Shown: positions 27,683 through 39,496 of the stretch, one piece after another
Position numbering within the stretch: the stretch's first letter is position 1
How the letters are laid out: each line of letters starts with the position of its first letter
Assembly (NCBI GenBank): GCA_050084985.1
Contig: JBITNC010000001.1
Span: 115,816,001-115,880,000 of the forward strand
Origin: Nageia nagi
Lineage: Eukaryota; Plantae; Pinophyta
Length of the DNA: 64,000 bases
Reading direction: 5' to 3'
The notes under the pieces: model-generated
What the model saw: the letters and a program-made list of their open reading frames with translations, nothing else
Told to the model about the DNA's origin: nothing
Databases searched by the model: none
Position numbers and translations under genes: made by a program

Positions 27683-28225
27683 TTTTAGAATATATAATGT
27701 ATTATTGTGTAAGTTATTCTTTAGGTGGTATCTAAGTATTAATAATCCTTTTATGTAATTCTTTATTTTATCAGTAAATGTCTAAAAGTGATAAAGTAGT
27801 TGGAATACCTTGACTTAATCCTAGCATCACACTTTTACATACTAACCCCATGTAAACCTTGAGTTGAAAAGTGAGTTAAAGTGAGGTTATCACCTATAAA
27901 TAAGAGGCATGGGCTCATTGTAAAATAAACTTAGAGAAGCATAAAAATGCTAGTCTTGTAGAATTGTAGGAATGCTCTTGTAAGATTGGTATAGGAGAAT
28001 TCTTGTAGAAGAGTTCTTGAGGATTTGTAAGAGAGTTAGAGTTATTAAGAAATACAAATTAGAGATGGTTCAAGTGGATGTACTCCTTTGAGAGGAACTA
28101 CTTTATATGTGTGTCCAATTTGTGATATCAATTATTATGTTAATACTATGAATATTGATGGTTTAGAGGGCTTTCACCTAATCTTGAGATATTAGGATTT
28201 TATTCTTTAAATTTTAAATCCTTCA
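27683..28225 (+). repeat. 5' LTR (TATA-like CCTATAAATA near 27893)
   Basis: Direct repeat of 34581-35122; about 11 mismatches in the first 120 bp by eye. Confidence 0.92.
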
Positions 28226-28227
28226 TT

Positions 28228-28239
28228 TGGTATTAGAGC
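28228..28239 (+). promoter_or_regulatory. Primer binding site, tRNA-iMet type
   Basis: TGGTATTAGAGC 2 bp after the LTR-terminal CA; one mismatch to canonical TGGTATCAGAGC. Confidence 0.85.
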
Positions 28240-28991
28240 TATCTTGGAGGCTCATCTTCACCATCTTTAAAGGTCCATTCCACTTTGCCCATCTACTTTA
28301 GTGAGGTACAATCATCTTGAGGTATAACTCTTCTCCTCACTCTTACATTTTGTAAGCCTTTTTGCAAATTTATTTTGCTAAAAGTTAGCTCTTTTAAACT
28401 TTTGTTATTTCTTACACAAGCTATTTTGTTTTAAATCAAGCTTTAAGCTTATATATGTGTTTAAATAGCTTCTTGATATAATAACAGCTTACAAATTAAG
28501 AAGGATATTAATGCTTCTTAACCATTTTTTTTGTACTAGCATTCTCTTTTTTATAAGAGATTTCCTTTTTGTTAAAAGGTTAGTATGCAATTTTTTAAAT
28601 AGTTATATATGTTAGTTTCTAGAATTATTTACTATATTAGTTAATTTTGTAAAGTTTTCTAAGTTGCAATTTTTTTATTTACTTTAAAATGTAACTAATT
28701 TGCACATATACAAATATGATAATTTATTTTGTGAAAAGTTACAAAAAAAAAAATTACAATTTGAACTTTTACAAAAATTGGTTATTCATGACTATCTACT
28801 ACTATTATTCTCTTATATAAAAAATATATATGATAATATGTTTTTTCAAATAAGAAGGTTTTGTAAAATATTCGTGAATTTATTTTACAATATTTTGGTA
28901 ATTTATTTTGTTATGCACATCTTCTATAGTTCATAAACAAATTTATAAATAATAAATTATTATTCTTTATTTCAGTCAAACAAAAATGTAA

Positions 28992-29035
<44 letters not shown>

Positions 29036-29052
29036 TATGTATGTATGTATGT
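28992..29052. repeat. Compound microsatellite (TG)n(AG)n(TATG)n
   Basis: Direct reading. Confidence 0.95.
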
Positions 29053-29179
29053 AATACCCCTCAATAATAGCTCTAAGCTTAAGAGTTCATGGTGCCCTAT
29101 ATAAAGGGGACAAACTCTAGCAAAAATAATAATAAAAGAAAAAAAAAATAAAAAATAAAAAATGGGTGGTTCACAATTA

Positions 29180-29520
29180 TAGGGCATGGCCCTCATATGG
29201 GTGACTTACAGTTGTAGAGCATAGCCCCCATGTGGGTAGGTAGCCTACCCAGTGTGGCCCCCATATAGGTGGCTTATAGCCATAAGGCATGAACCCCATG
29301 TGGGCAATGCATAGCCCATCAAGATCGACCCCTATGTGGGTAGCTCACAGGCCATTGGGCATTACCCTAGGTAGATGCAACCCCCATATAGGAGGTGTGC
29401 AACCTCCCTAAGGGTGCAACCCTAGGTAGACATAGCCCCCATATGGGTGGCACATTGCCTCCCTAAGAGTGTAACCCTAAGTAGATGCAACCCCCATATG
29501 GGTGGTGTACAACCTCCCTA
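29180..29520. repeat. GC-rich tandem array with palindromic core CCCAT(A/G)TGGG; ~35-40 bp units, then ~55 bp units
   Basis: About 8 copies of CCCCATATGGGTGG / CCCCATGTGGG / CCCCATATAGG. Confidence 0.85.
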
Positions 29521-30424
29521 TAACCATCAAACTAGAGGAACATGCCCTTCTTTATATAAAATAAATAAAACCACTAGAACACCACCACATTAGATTCCCT
29601 CCTCTTATGTGTTTGCACCTTTAGCCATTATTTTGTTACAACTTGCACTACAATATTTTGTTTTTCCTTCTCCTCTTCTGTACATATTAGGGTTGTTTGC
29701 TTTTAAAAGGATATTTGAGGTTATCTAAACCAAGTTTTATATTGGGTTGGATTGCGATTTGTAGTTGGGCACATTTAATTTTTTTTAATTTCTATTACCA
29801 CATTTTACCTACTTTGTTTACTTTTTAGATGTACCTATTAATTTAATTTTTTTAGTCCATATTTTCTCCACTTGATTAATGCACTTGGTGAAATAGTGCA
29901 ATTTTTTTAATTTTTCTAAAGAGTGGTTGGATGGTAGATAAATAGTAAATATTTTCTTTACTTCTTCTTAATTTGGTCAAAAGTATACCTTATTTATTCA
30001 CTACTTTTTATTATTCCTTGCAAATTCAATAATATCTTAGCAATAGAATTTATTAATACATGAGTGTTTATAATTTTTTGGAGTAGTTATTTTTTTAAAT
30101 AAAAATGAGGGGGAAAGAGAAAAAATATTTACGTATGGCTAAATATTGCTTGGATGTTATTATTTTAAAAAATGAAAGAGGAATATTTATGAATAAAAAA
30201 AATTTGGATAAATATTAGGGAAATTGTTCCTGCATTATTTTTTAATTTGAGGGGGAGAATAACTAATAGTTCTTTTAATGATAATTATGGATGTTATTAT
30301 CAATATATATTTGTGGGTGTTATTATTTCAAACATAACAAAAACAAAATTCACATTATTTTTTTTAACCCACAAGCATGATGAGTTTTTTTTTCCTTAAA
30401 GAGGGAGATATTTATTGATCTTTT

Positions 30425-30655
30425 CAAGGAAAGGTAAAGAGTTAAAGTAATAATTATTTTTTGTGAAAAATATTGAGTGAAATTTATTGCACATATTTAT
30501 TAATTTTTCAACAAGGAAAGGTAAAGCAATAATTCTTTTTGTAAATAATATTAAGTAAAATTTATTGCACATATTTAATTTCTCAATAAGGAGAGGTAAA
30601 GTAATAATTTTTTTATGAGCAATATGGAGTAAAATCAATTACACATATTGATAAA
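30425..30655. repeat. Three diverged ~75-85 bp AT-rich tandem units
   Basis: AAGGA(A/G)AGGTAAAG...AATAATT...ATT(G/A)CACATATT repeated three times. Confidence 0.8.
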
Positions 30656-31949
30656 AATTTATTACGAGTTCTATTGCAAGTTCCACTTGATGTGGCCCAC
30701 TACCTAAGTTCCTTATAAGCCTTGAGGTTTAGCTCTTTAATAAAGTTACACTATAAGTTAAAAACAAAATATATTTATATATGTTCCCTACCTTATTTCT
30801 AGTGCATGTGGGATTTTTTGTTTCCCACATGACTATTCATTCAAACAATAAAAGCAAAATGCTTTTTCATGGGAGCCTCTTTTTTAAAGTACGAGATAGA
30901 TATTTTTTCTAAGCATTTATTTTTTTTAAGAAAAAGAATTTTTTTCATTATTTTAAAACATCTATAGTTATAGATAAAATAAATATTATGACTACAAAGG
31001 CATAAGTTGTATTTTAAAGGATGTTACTAATTTTTTTTAGCAATTATATGAGTATTAAGTATTATTTTTACCTTAATCCTTTAAATAAATTATGTTGAAA
31101 ACACCAAATTTAATTATTCTAAGCCTTAACTTATGCATTTTAATATCACACTTTGGTAAAGTGATATTTGGTTTTATTAGTTTTATACTTGGTAAAAGTA
31201 TAATTATGTTTTCAAGAGTAAAACTTAATATGTTCCACCTTGTTACTTCCATCTTAAGAAGTTTATATCCTTGTTTAAGGTTAATACCATATTGTTGAGA
31301 AGTTCATTATTTTGTTACTATGACTATATGCATGTTGATAGATATTTTTTATGTAAGAAACAATATTACCTTTCATGCAATAGTATTGTTGATAATGGAT
31401 ATTTTTTTATCCTTATCAATATGTTTATTTATGGATGTCTATTTCACTTTTAATGAATTGATAGACTTGTGATTTGTAAATGTATAGTCAAGTTGGTATT
31501 ATGTGGTATAAGGGTTGATTATTGGTATAGTCAAAATAATCTTTTATGTCCTATGGCATATAGTTTATAATTCCTAACTTAATGGTGTTATTAGTTTATA
31601 ACTTGGTATAAGTAATATATCATGCCCTGATAGTATTATTTTTTTTAGAAAAATATCAAGACTACATAACCTTATCTATATGGAAAATATTCATTGAATG
31701 GTGAGATATTTTGTGCCACTACCATATTTGTAATTTAGTTTATGTAGACTTATGTGGTGATCTTACCACTTGCATTAATGGTGCTTAGACTTGTGTGGTT
31801 TGAATATTATTATGAAGATTTTATTTTTGTAACAAATATATGGTAGCCTTACCACTACTTCAATTGAGTTTACTATTCCACATCTACTTGCTTCATTCAA
31901 ATGATTATAAATAGAGATCATCATTCGAATGTAAAGACATGACTTAGCC

Positions 31950-32462
31950 ATGGCAAGTAGGTATTCAATACATCTTGGTTATGAAGAGTATCCATTATAT
32001 TTTAGTTATGAAGAGGATTATGTTATGGCTAATCTTCCATTTGATGTTCCACCCAATGGTCCTCCTAATCCTCCAATTCATGCTCCTCCTAATCCTCTGA
32101 TCCATGCTCTCCCTAATCCTTCAATTCTTAGTTAGCTTAATACTTCATGCTATCTTTGAACTAATGCTCTAATTCATGTTCCTCCACCTAACACTAGGGA
32201 AGGATCCTCATCTTGGGTTATGGTCAATCCCTCTCCATTGGAACATGAAATCTAATCTTTACACCAATAGTTATATGCTACCAGTCACAAATATGATATG
32301 TTTAAAAGGAAGCAAGAAGTGTGTGAGCAAGCTTTTGATTTTCTCATGGAAGAGTGAAATAACCTACAAACTAAGAATAGCATGTTGGTTGAGCATTATT
32401 ATATGCTTCATGAGAAATTAAAATCTCTTAAGCTCAATCCAACTCCTCTTAAAAATCCTTAA
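31950..32462 (+). pseudogene. Decayed ~170-codon ORF of unknown function (Pro-rich N-terminus, coiled-coil-like C-terminus) inside the LARD-like element
   Basis: The frame of ORF 31950-32135 continues without frameshift through scattered stops: ...PPNGPPNPPIHAPPNP...HVPPPNTREGSSS...LEHEI*SLHQ*LYATSHKYDMFKRKQEVCEQAFDFLMEE*NNLQTKNSMLVEHYYMLHEKLKSLK. Confidence 0.55.
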
Positions 32463-33166
32463 TTCATTTGCAGAATATAATGTTAAGTATTATCTACTAG
32501 TTTCTATCAGTAAAAGAATATTTTAAGCAACATATATTTGGTTTCTTTCTACTATATAAGTACTATCTCTACTAGTTTCTATCTATTACAAGCATAAGAG
32601 TGTTTTAAGTAGCATATATTTAGTTGCTTTCTACTATATAAATAAAGTATTCATAACAAAATCATGCTTATTCAATGTTGTTTGAATCTTTTTTTCTCTC
32701 TTACAATTTGATGTGCAAGGAAGTATATTATGGTTATAATAGTAGGTATAATAGATCTTTATAATACTTTGTTATAAATGCTTCATACTACTATGATAAG
32801 AATTCTAAACCTCAATCTTATTCATGAAGTTAACTTTACGAAAAAAAACATATCTATATATATATATAAGTTTTTGTTCATCTTCATTAACATTTAAATA
32901 AATACCTTAGATTGATTGATACTAATCTTATGGATTAAGCAATAAATGACTAAGTTTTATACATTCTTATAGAGACTTAAAAAATGATGCAAATTATAAA
33001 TATATAGAAACCTTATGTAATTATAACTTGATGTATTATTTTGCCATTTTATGAAGCTACATTGCTTCTATGTTTAGAAATTTTATCCATAGTTTTGAAT
33101 GTTTGAAAAGATACGATGGAAAATTTTATTTCTCTTTATATTCTTTGCTAAAGAGTTCTCATAAAT

Positions 33167-33600
33167 GGAGTGGTTAAAAAGGTTCAATCTTCTCCATGAT
33201 TTCCAATTATTCGAGTGGTGTAAAAGGTTCAACCTTCTCTGTAATTGCCGTGTCTTGAAGTAGTTAAAAAGGTTTAACCTCCTTCATAATTTTTGAATGT
33301 TGGAGTAATTAAAAATGTTCACCCTTCTCTATAATTATTGAATGTTGGATTAGTTAAAAAGGTTCGATCTTCTTTGTAATTGTTACATATTTGAGTGGTT
33401 AAAAAGGTTCAACTTTCTCCATGATTCTTAACTATTAAAGTGGTTCAAAAGGTTTGACCTTCTCAAGAATTGGTAAATGTTGGAGTGGTTCAAAAGGTTT
33501 GACCTTATCTAAAATTGTAAATTTTAGAGTGGTTCAAAAGGTTCATCCTTCTTCGATATTGTAAATGTTGAATTGGTTCAAAAGGTTTTCCCTTCTCCAC
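33167..33600. repeat. Ten-copy ~45 bp tandem array
   Basis: Core GAGTGGTT(A/C)AAAAGGTT(C/T)(A/G)ACCTTCTC, with units starting at 33167, 33212, 33257, 33302, 33347, 33392, 33437, 33482, ~33526 and ~33569. Confidence 0.92.
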
Positions 33601-34580
33601 ATTTCAATCTTTCACTTTTGATAGAAAATTGAATCCATGTTATTAGATTAATGCTACCATTCTTCCATGATAGACATCTTAACTAGTAGCATGGTTAAGA
33701 TGGTATTTCTTATGATTAATGACTTAGGCATCTTGACTAGTAGGCATAGTCAAGTTGGTATTTTCATTATCCAAGTTATAGTATTTTTGTTGAAAACCTT
33801 ATCCGTCCAATTCAACATGGATAAAACTATATGCATCTTAAGATAGAATTTGGTGCTTGCAAACTATATATCTTAATTAATGGAAATAAGAGTGATGAAC
33901 TCATGAAGAAACAAAACTTTAGTCCTAATCCATAAGTTGTCAAATATGGTTATCCTTAACACTTATGCTATTATTTCATTACATTAATAAAAGCATACTC
34001 TATAATATATTGTTGGCTTTCTCTTTCTACTAAATTTTCCCTCAAGGGGGATAATTCTTACTATATATGATGACAACTTCATATGAAAGCATATATGAAC
34101 CTATATAATTGCTTAGGATGGTAAAGTTGACCTTAAAAGAGAATAGAGTATGAATGAGTACTTATTCTTCATCTTTAAAATACCTTTTTATATTATTGAT
34201 GAAATTGGATCATGTTTTATATGACTATATACTTATTTCTAGATATTATTTATCTTGACTTATAGTGCATCTAACTGATCTTGTTATGAGATTCTAGTAG
34301 CTTGCAAGTTTCTTCTAAATATTGCAGCTTACTTATGTCAGATATGGAAGCTCATGAAGGCTCATCATTCAACATGTTGTTGAATGAATACTAATTGTAT
34401 ATTAAACCTTATAGTTGATGGATTTGTATTATAAACCATTTATTTAATGGTTAAGTATTTGAGCCTTATAGAACCATCTCAATTCTATGTTCTTAAGTTC
34501 TCATCTCCAATTGTATTTTCTATGGAGGAGAACTCTCTTACATCATTTTATTTTGTCTACCCTAATACTACATTAAGGAG

Positions 34581-35118
34581 TGTTAGAATATATAATCTAT
34601 TATTGTGTAAGTTATTCCTTAGGTGGTATTTAAGTATTAATAATCTTTTTATGTGATTCCCTATTTTATCACTAAATACCTAAAAGTGATAAAGTAGTTG
34701 GAATACCTTGACCTAATCCTAGCATGAAACTTTTCCATACTAACCCTATGTAAACCTTGTGTTAAATGGTGAGTAAGGTGATATTCTCACCTATAAATAA
34801 AGGGCATGGTATTCTTATAAAATACACTTAAAGAAGCATGAAAATGCTAGTCTTGTAGAGTTGTAGGAATGCTCTTGTAGGATTGGTATAGGAGAATTCT
34901 TGTAGAAGAGTTCTTGATAATTTGTAAGAGAGTTAGATTTATTGAGAAATAGAAATTAGATATGATTCAAGTGGGTGTACTTATTTAGTAGGAACCACAT
35001 TATATGTGTGTCAAATTTGTGAGATTGATTATTGTGTTAATGTTATGAATATTAATTGTTAAGAGGGCTTTTAAGTGATCTTGGAGGATTAGAATTTTAT
35101 TCTTTAAGTTTTAAATCC

Positions 35119-35122
<4 letters not shown>
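34581..35122 (+). repeat. 3' LTR
   Basis: TGTTAGAA...TCCTTCA, preceded by the PPT and followed by (TA)n at 35123-35153. Confidence 0.92.
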
Positions 35123-35156
<34 letters not shown>

Positions 35157-35399
35157 ACCCTTAAAATAATACATAGGACATTATATGCATAAATCATTGA
35201 TTCATTCCCTAAGTAATTGTTAGCCATGTCATTCCTTCATACTTAGCAAATTAAATCAACACAAAGTCTTAAATAATTCTAATCAAAACCATTTCATAAT
35301 ACATTTAGGCATTCATAATAATCTATCTTGATTATATTGATCAAAAAAATAGAGTGTTATATTATCTTTTCAAAATACATCCATCCATACAACCAAGTC

Positions 35400-37372
35400 C
35401 ATGTTAGTTCCCTATGTTAATATCACTAGTGGTACCATGGTGACTCCTAGCGCTCCTAAAACTCTCTAACCTAGAGGTCATCCTATTCAATCTAGGCCTC
35501 TTAAATCCAATTTGTTTTTCTAGCACTATAAGCTGAGCTTATAGGTATCCCTTTTCATTTTTCAAGTCCTTAGCCTTATTTTTGTGTGCTATAACATAGT
35601 CCATCATTTCAAAGAAGTTGTTATCCTATGCATCCTCATGCATCATACATAGAATCTCCATACTCTTCTCTAATACTATAAGTCTAACCTTCAAACCCTT
35701 TATCTTCTTATCTTTGAAAATAGTCTCCTCCTTTAGGGTAGCTAGTGCATACTTAGATTGTTATCTTATTGTCTTCTTACAATCCAAGTCTAACTTTATT
35801 TGATGTGCAAAACCAAAACAAAGCAAAAATGTTAGTCATTATTTTTGCATAAGCACTAACTTGTAGGTACACAAAGAGGTACTTACTAAGCTCATTCTAG
35901 AGCTATTGTTTGGTCTCTACCATGGAAATTCCAATAGGCACATCCCATCCACCCTACTCCTCCTATTGTTGTAGCTCCTCCATTAGTATTTCCTACTCCT
36001 CTGCTTCCTCCTCATCACCCTCTTCCTCTTCTTCTTCATTTTTCTCACCCTTGGCAACCTCTACCAAGTGGTCCAAGCCATATAGACAAATTGGATCAAT
36101 TCTATCTCTAACCCACCATGTCAAATATGTTTAATCAAAGTAAGGCCCATTTGATGCCTTAGCTCCCTCATCATTATATTCACTCCTTAATCCATGATCC
36201 TAGGTAGGATGCCACTCTTCCTCCCACCTAGGAGGTCTCTCAAACATGTTATGGTCATGTGTCTTATACCTTCCATTTCTCACTACAAACTTGCATTCTG
36301 GAGGAATGCCTTGTCTCTTACAAAATTACCTCATAACCCTCTTAGGTATGTAAATCTCAATAAATGTCTTCCTAGTTTGAAGGTAGCATGTTATGCAATG
36401 CCAATATAACTCACCCCTTGGCTCATTTGGCCAATAATGTATCCCTGTATATTGTTTATAAATAACATCTCATACAAAAACCAAAGCTATGTTTATTTTC
36501 TTCCTTGCCCAATCAACTAATAAACTAAATCAAAAAATTAAACTTTTTATGATAAGATACTTACCACTCATAAAATCATTAATGACCTTCTAGTAAGCCA
36601 CCATGATCTTGTGGACCCATGTGATCTTCCCTATCTTAGCCCATTGATATCACATAGGATGGTTAGGAGCTATGTTGTGCATAAGAAGCTATTTAATCCA
36701 AACCATAATGATATACTTGTAGGCTTAGCATTGAAAGACAAATTAATGTGCCATCCTCTTCCTTCTCTTATGTACTATCAAACAATTATGTAAATTATGA
36801 AAAATATGGGATATAATATAAGAAGCCCATGCATACCCATGACCTTGTGTCATCTCATACACTACCCCTATCAAACCAAGTGGGAAGACATCATGATTCT
36901 TGTTAGGATAAATAATATTATCTATGCATACCATAATGATAAAAAAAACTTTTCTAAACTTCTTCATCTTGCCTCTAAATGCATGATGAAGGAAGGTACC
37001 CTTCTTACCTTCATGATACTCCTCAAGTCTAGTAAGCCACTTTATGGATGACTTGCAATGTGTAGTGGTCATCCCCTTCTCAAATAATATGGGTTTCCTC
37101 TTCATGGGCACTCATAAGATCCTATATATATCCTTTGGTACTATAGTTGTCTCCCTATTAAAAAGGTGAAAAGTATTAGTCTTCTCACACCACCTCTCCA
37201 TCATGACCATGAGTAGCTCCTTTTCCACTTGAATATATGGAGCATGAAGGAGCCATCCCATACCAACATGCCTAAGCATACCCACCTCATCATTAATGAG
37301 CTTTTCCTTCTATGCTATATACATATCCTAGCTCTAAGACATAGGCTTGGACTCTATGAGGAATTGATGACA
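35400..37372 (-). pseudogene. Plant mobile domain (PMD, MAIN/MAIL-like) gene remnant, antisense within the Tat element, probably spliced
   Basis: ELLMVMMERWCEKTNTFHLFNRETTIVPKDIYRIL*VP (~37105-37220) and GYAWASYIISHIFHNL (~36790-36840) match the PMD consensus ERW..ETHTFHL..GE.TITL.DV and Y.WG.A.LA.LY..L. An acidic EEEEEEGDEEEAEE tract lies at ~35990-36045. Confidence 0.85.
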
Positions 37373-38689
37373 CTGCAATAAAAAAATAACAAGGTATGCA
37401 TTAGTATTTTATTATGATTCATTGAAAATATAAGGTAGTAATTTCATTTTATTATTTTCAGCACACGTAAACTATAACCACATTTGATAAATCACTTTTC
37501 CATCTAGAAAGTCACTCTACCACACCAACACCTAGGTTGGGCTTCTTATAGTAACTTTTTTCAAAAATTGAGAGCAAAATTCACTTACCCCTATGATTCT
37601 ATAAAATCAAATTTTCACCCGTTTCTACACCTTCTAAACATGAATTCATCTAAGCTTTAGGTATAAAAACCCTTACCTTAAGTTTCATATGATTTTTCCT
37701 ATTTCTCATATAAACTTGCAAATTTCATGAAACAAAATCAAACAAATGGTCTTATATGCCTACCACATGGGTGGAAACCTTGTTATGTTAGAGAAGGTAT
37801 GCCCTATGGTTGTCTTGCTCTATAATCTTCACCTTGAAAATCAATGATATATCAAAAACCATAGTAAAAATAATAAAACTAACCCAAATCACTTCCAATC
37901 ATAAACAAAACCACTTACCTTGCAATGATAATCACATAAAATTCTCACAATCACCTCATTAGGTTCACCAAACCCTTCTTAGACTAGATCTCATACTACA
38001 AATAGTGAAAATGATAAATAAATCATAATTTAGGAATATTTAAACTCAAAATGGGATACAATCAATGAGGTAAGTGATAATTAATGACCATCTTTTTCCT
38101 CCACCACTTACATATAGGAAATTCCATTTCCTCATGTCGTCTATGTTCATTGTCAAAACATTTGGTTATAAAATTTGCTATGGACCTCTACATCCACAGT
38201 AATGTTAACACCCACACTAGCTAACTAGCACTCATGCTATCATTCCTCGATATTCACATCATTAACTTGAAAATAATGAATCATCTACCTATATGTATTA
38301 TAAAAATTGATTTAGTACTAACATATCTTGGAGAATAAAGTTTTTACAAGAATAAATGAACATCCAATCTAATAATGATGCATTCCTTGCATGTTCATTC
38401 TTAGTTCTAATCTGTTCGTCATAGAATCAAGCACTTTATCAATAGCTATAAAGTATGAAAATATATTTTTTGTATTCATATCTCATACTAAATATTACAA
38501 TTTCAATAGTATAAGCATCCAATTCAAACTCACTAGCACTAATGCTAAAGCTAGCATGAACGTTGGGTTACAAAAGAATAAATCAAATTGAATCACAACA
38601 CATTAGCATAATGGGTAAGGTACAAGGTGTAATCTTATCCTTATATGCACTTTTAATTCAATAATTTGTATGATTGGGAACTATTCAAA

Positions 38690-39100
38690 CCAATCATAGT
38701 TGAGTCACCTTTGTTGGCTGTTCAACTAACCATCATACACAAATCACATCTAAGAATGGGGCTTGTACCTCATGATGATAATTGTATCTCATATCAATAT
38801 CTAAGAATGGGACATATACCTCATGACAATGAATGACATATCATATAATGTAGTTATAAAATATTTAAATCAATCATGTATTTGAGTCACCTTTTTTGCT
38901 TAGATCTCAACTAACCATCACCATGTAGTTCTTTTTGCTTCATATGTTGTATCTAGGAATGAGGCATGTACCTCATGATGATGTTAACATATATTATTCT
39001 AATTTCATGTTTTCCATCTAATAATAGGGCATGTACCCCATGATTATGTGGATACACCATTATCATAATTTCTTATGTATGCATCTAAGAATGAAACATT
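38690..39100. repeat. Short dispersed repeats in the Tat 3' region
   Basis: ATCTAAGAATGGG.C.TGTACCTCATGA-like motif about 5 times; GAGTCACCTTT...TCAACTAACCATCA twice. Confidence 0.75.
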
Positions 39101-39496
39101 GAGTATTTTTGTATTTAGCATTCTTAAGATGATATATACATATTATTAATTTCATCCAACTTTATTACTATTATATAATTTGTAATGAAATCCTATGATG
39201 TTTTCACTTATTATCAATGCTATATGTTTTACATGTAAATAATAATATATGTGCTTGGAAGTGTGTGCCTCTTGTTTTTAAGTTTTATTCTTTGCTCTTG
39301 GTTGATTGTACTACATGCAAGCTATTACATCTCACAACCAAGGCAAAGAGAGGGCAATATACATCATTAAATACTTGATGATTTAGATAGCTAAATCAAG
39401 GAAGTGTTAATTTTTTCTTCTCTTTACCTTTACTTTCTTTGAAAGCATAATGTTATTTCAAGATTCAATTTCATTATAATTACAAAGGGGGGCATC

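Larger units (their letters stand above)
27683..35122 (+). mobile_element. Non-autonomous LTR retrotransposon (LARD-like), related to the Copia at 52761-60710
   Basis: ~540 bp LTRs at 27683-28225 and 34581-35122 (T(G)TTAGAA...TCCTTCA). PBS TGGTATTAGAGC at 28228-28239. PPT CATTAAGGAG at 34571-34580. Flanked by (TA)n on both sides. No RT, integrase or gag motifs seen inside. Confidence 0.88.

Noticed and set aside
28972-29196. 74-aa ORF ending SLSLSLSHTHTHTH
   Set aside because: It is a translation of microsatellite and poly-T sequence.
33167-33600. CRISPR-like repeat/spacer appearance
   Set aside because: The linkers are only ~17 bp and are related to each other, the repeats are degenerate, there are no cas genes, and the context is a plant retroelement. 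It is a tandem minisatellite.
35910-36134. Ser-rich plus-strand ORF
   Set aside because: It is the antisense reading of the Glu-rich tract of the PMD remnant.
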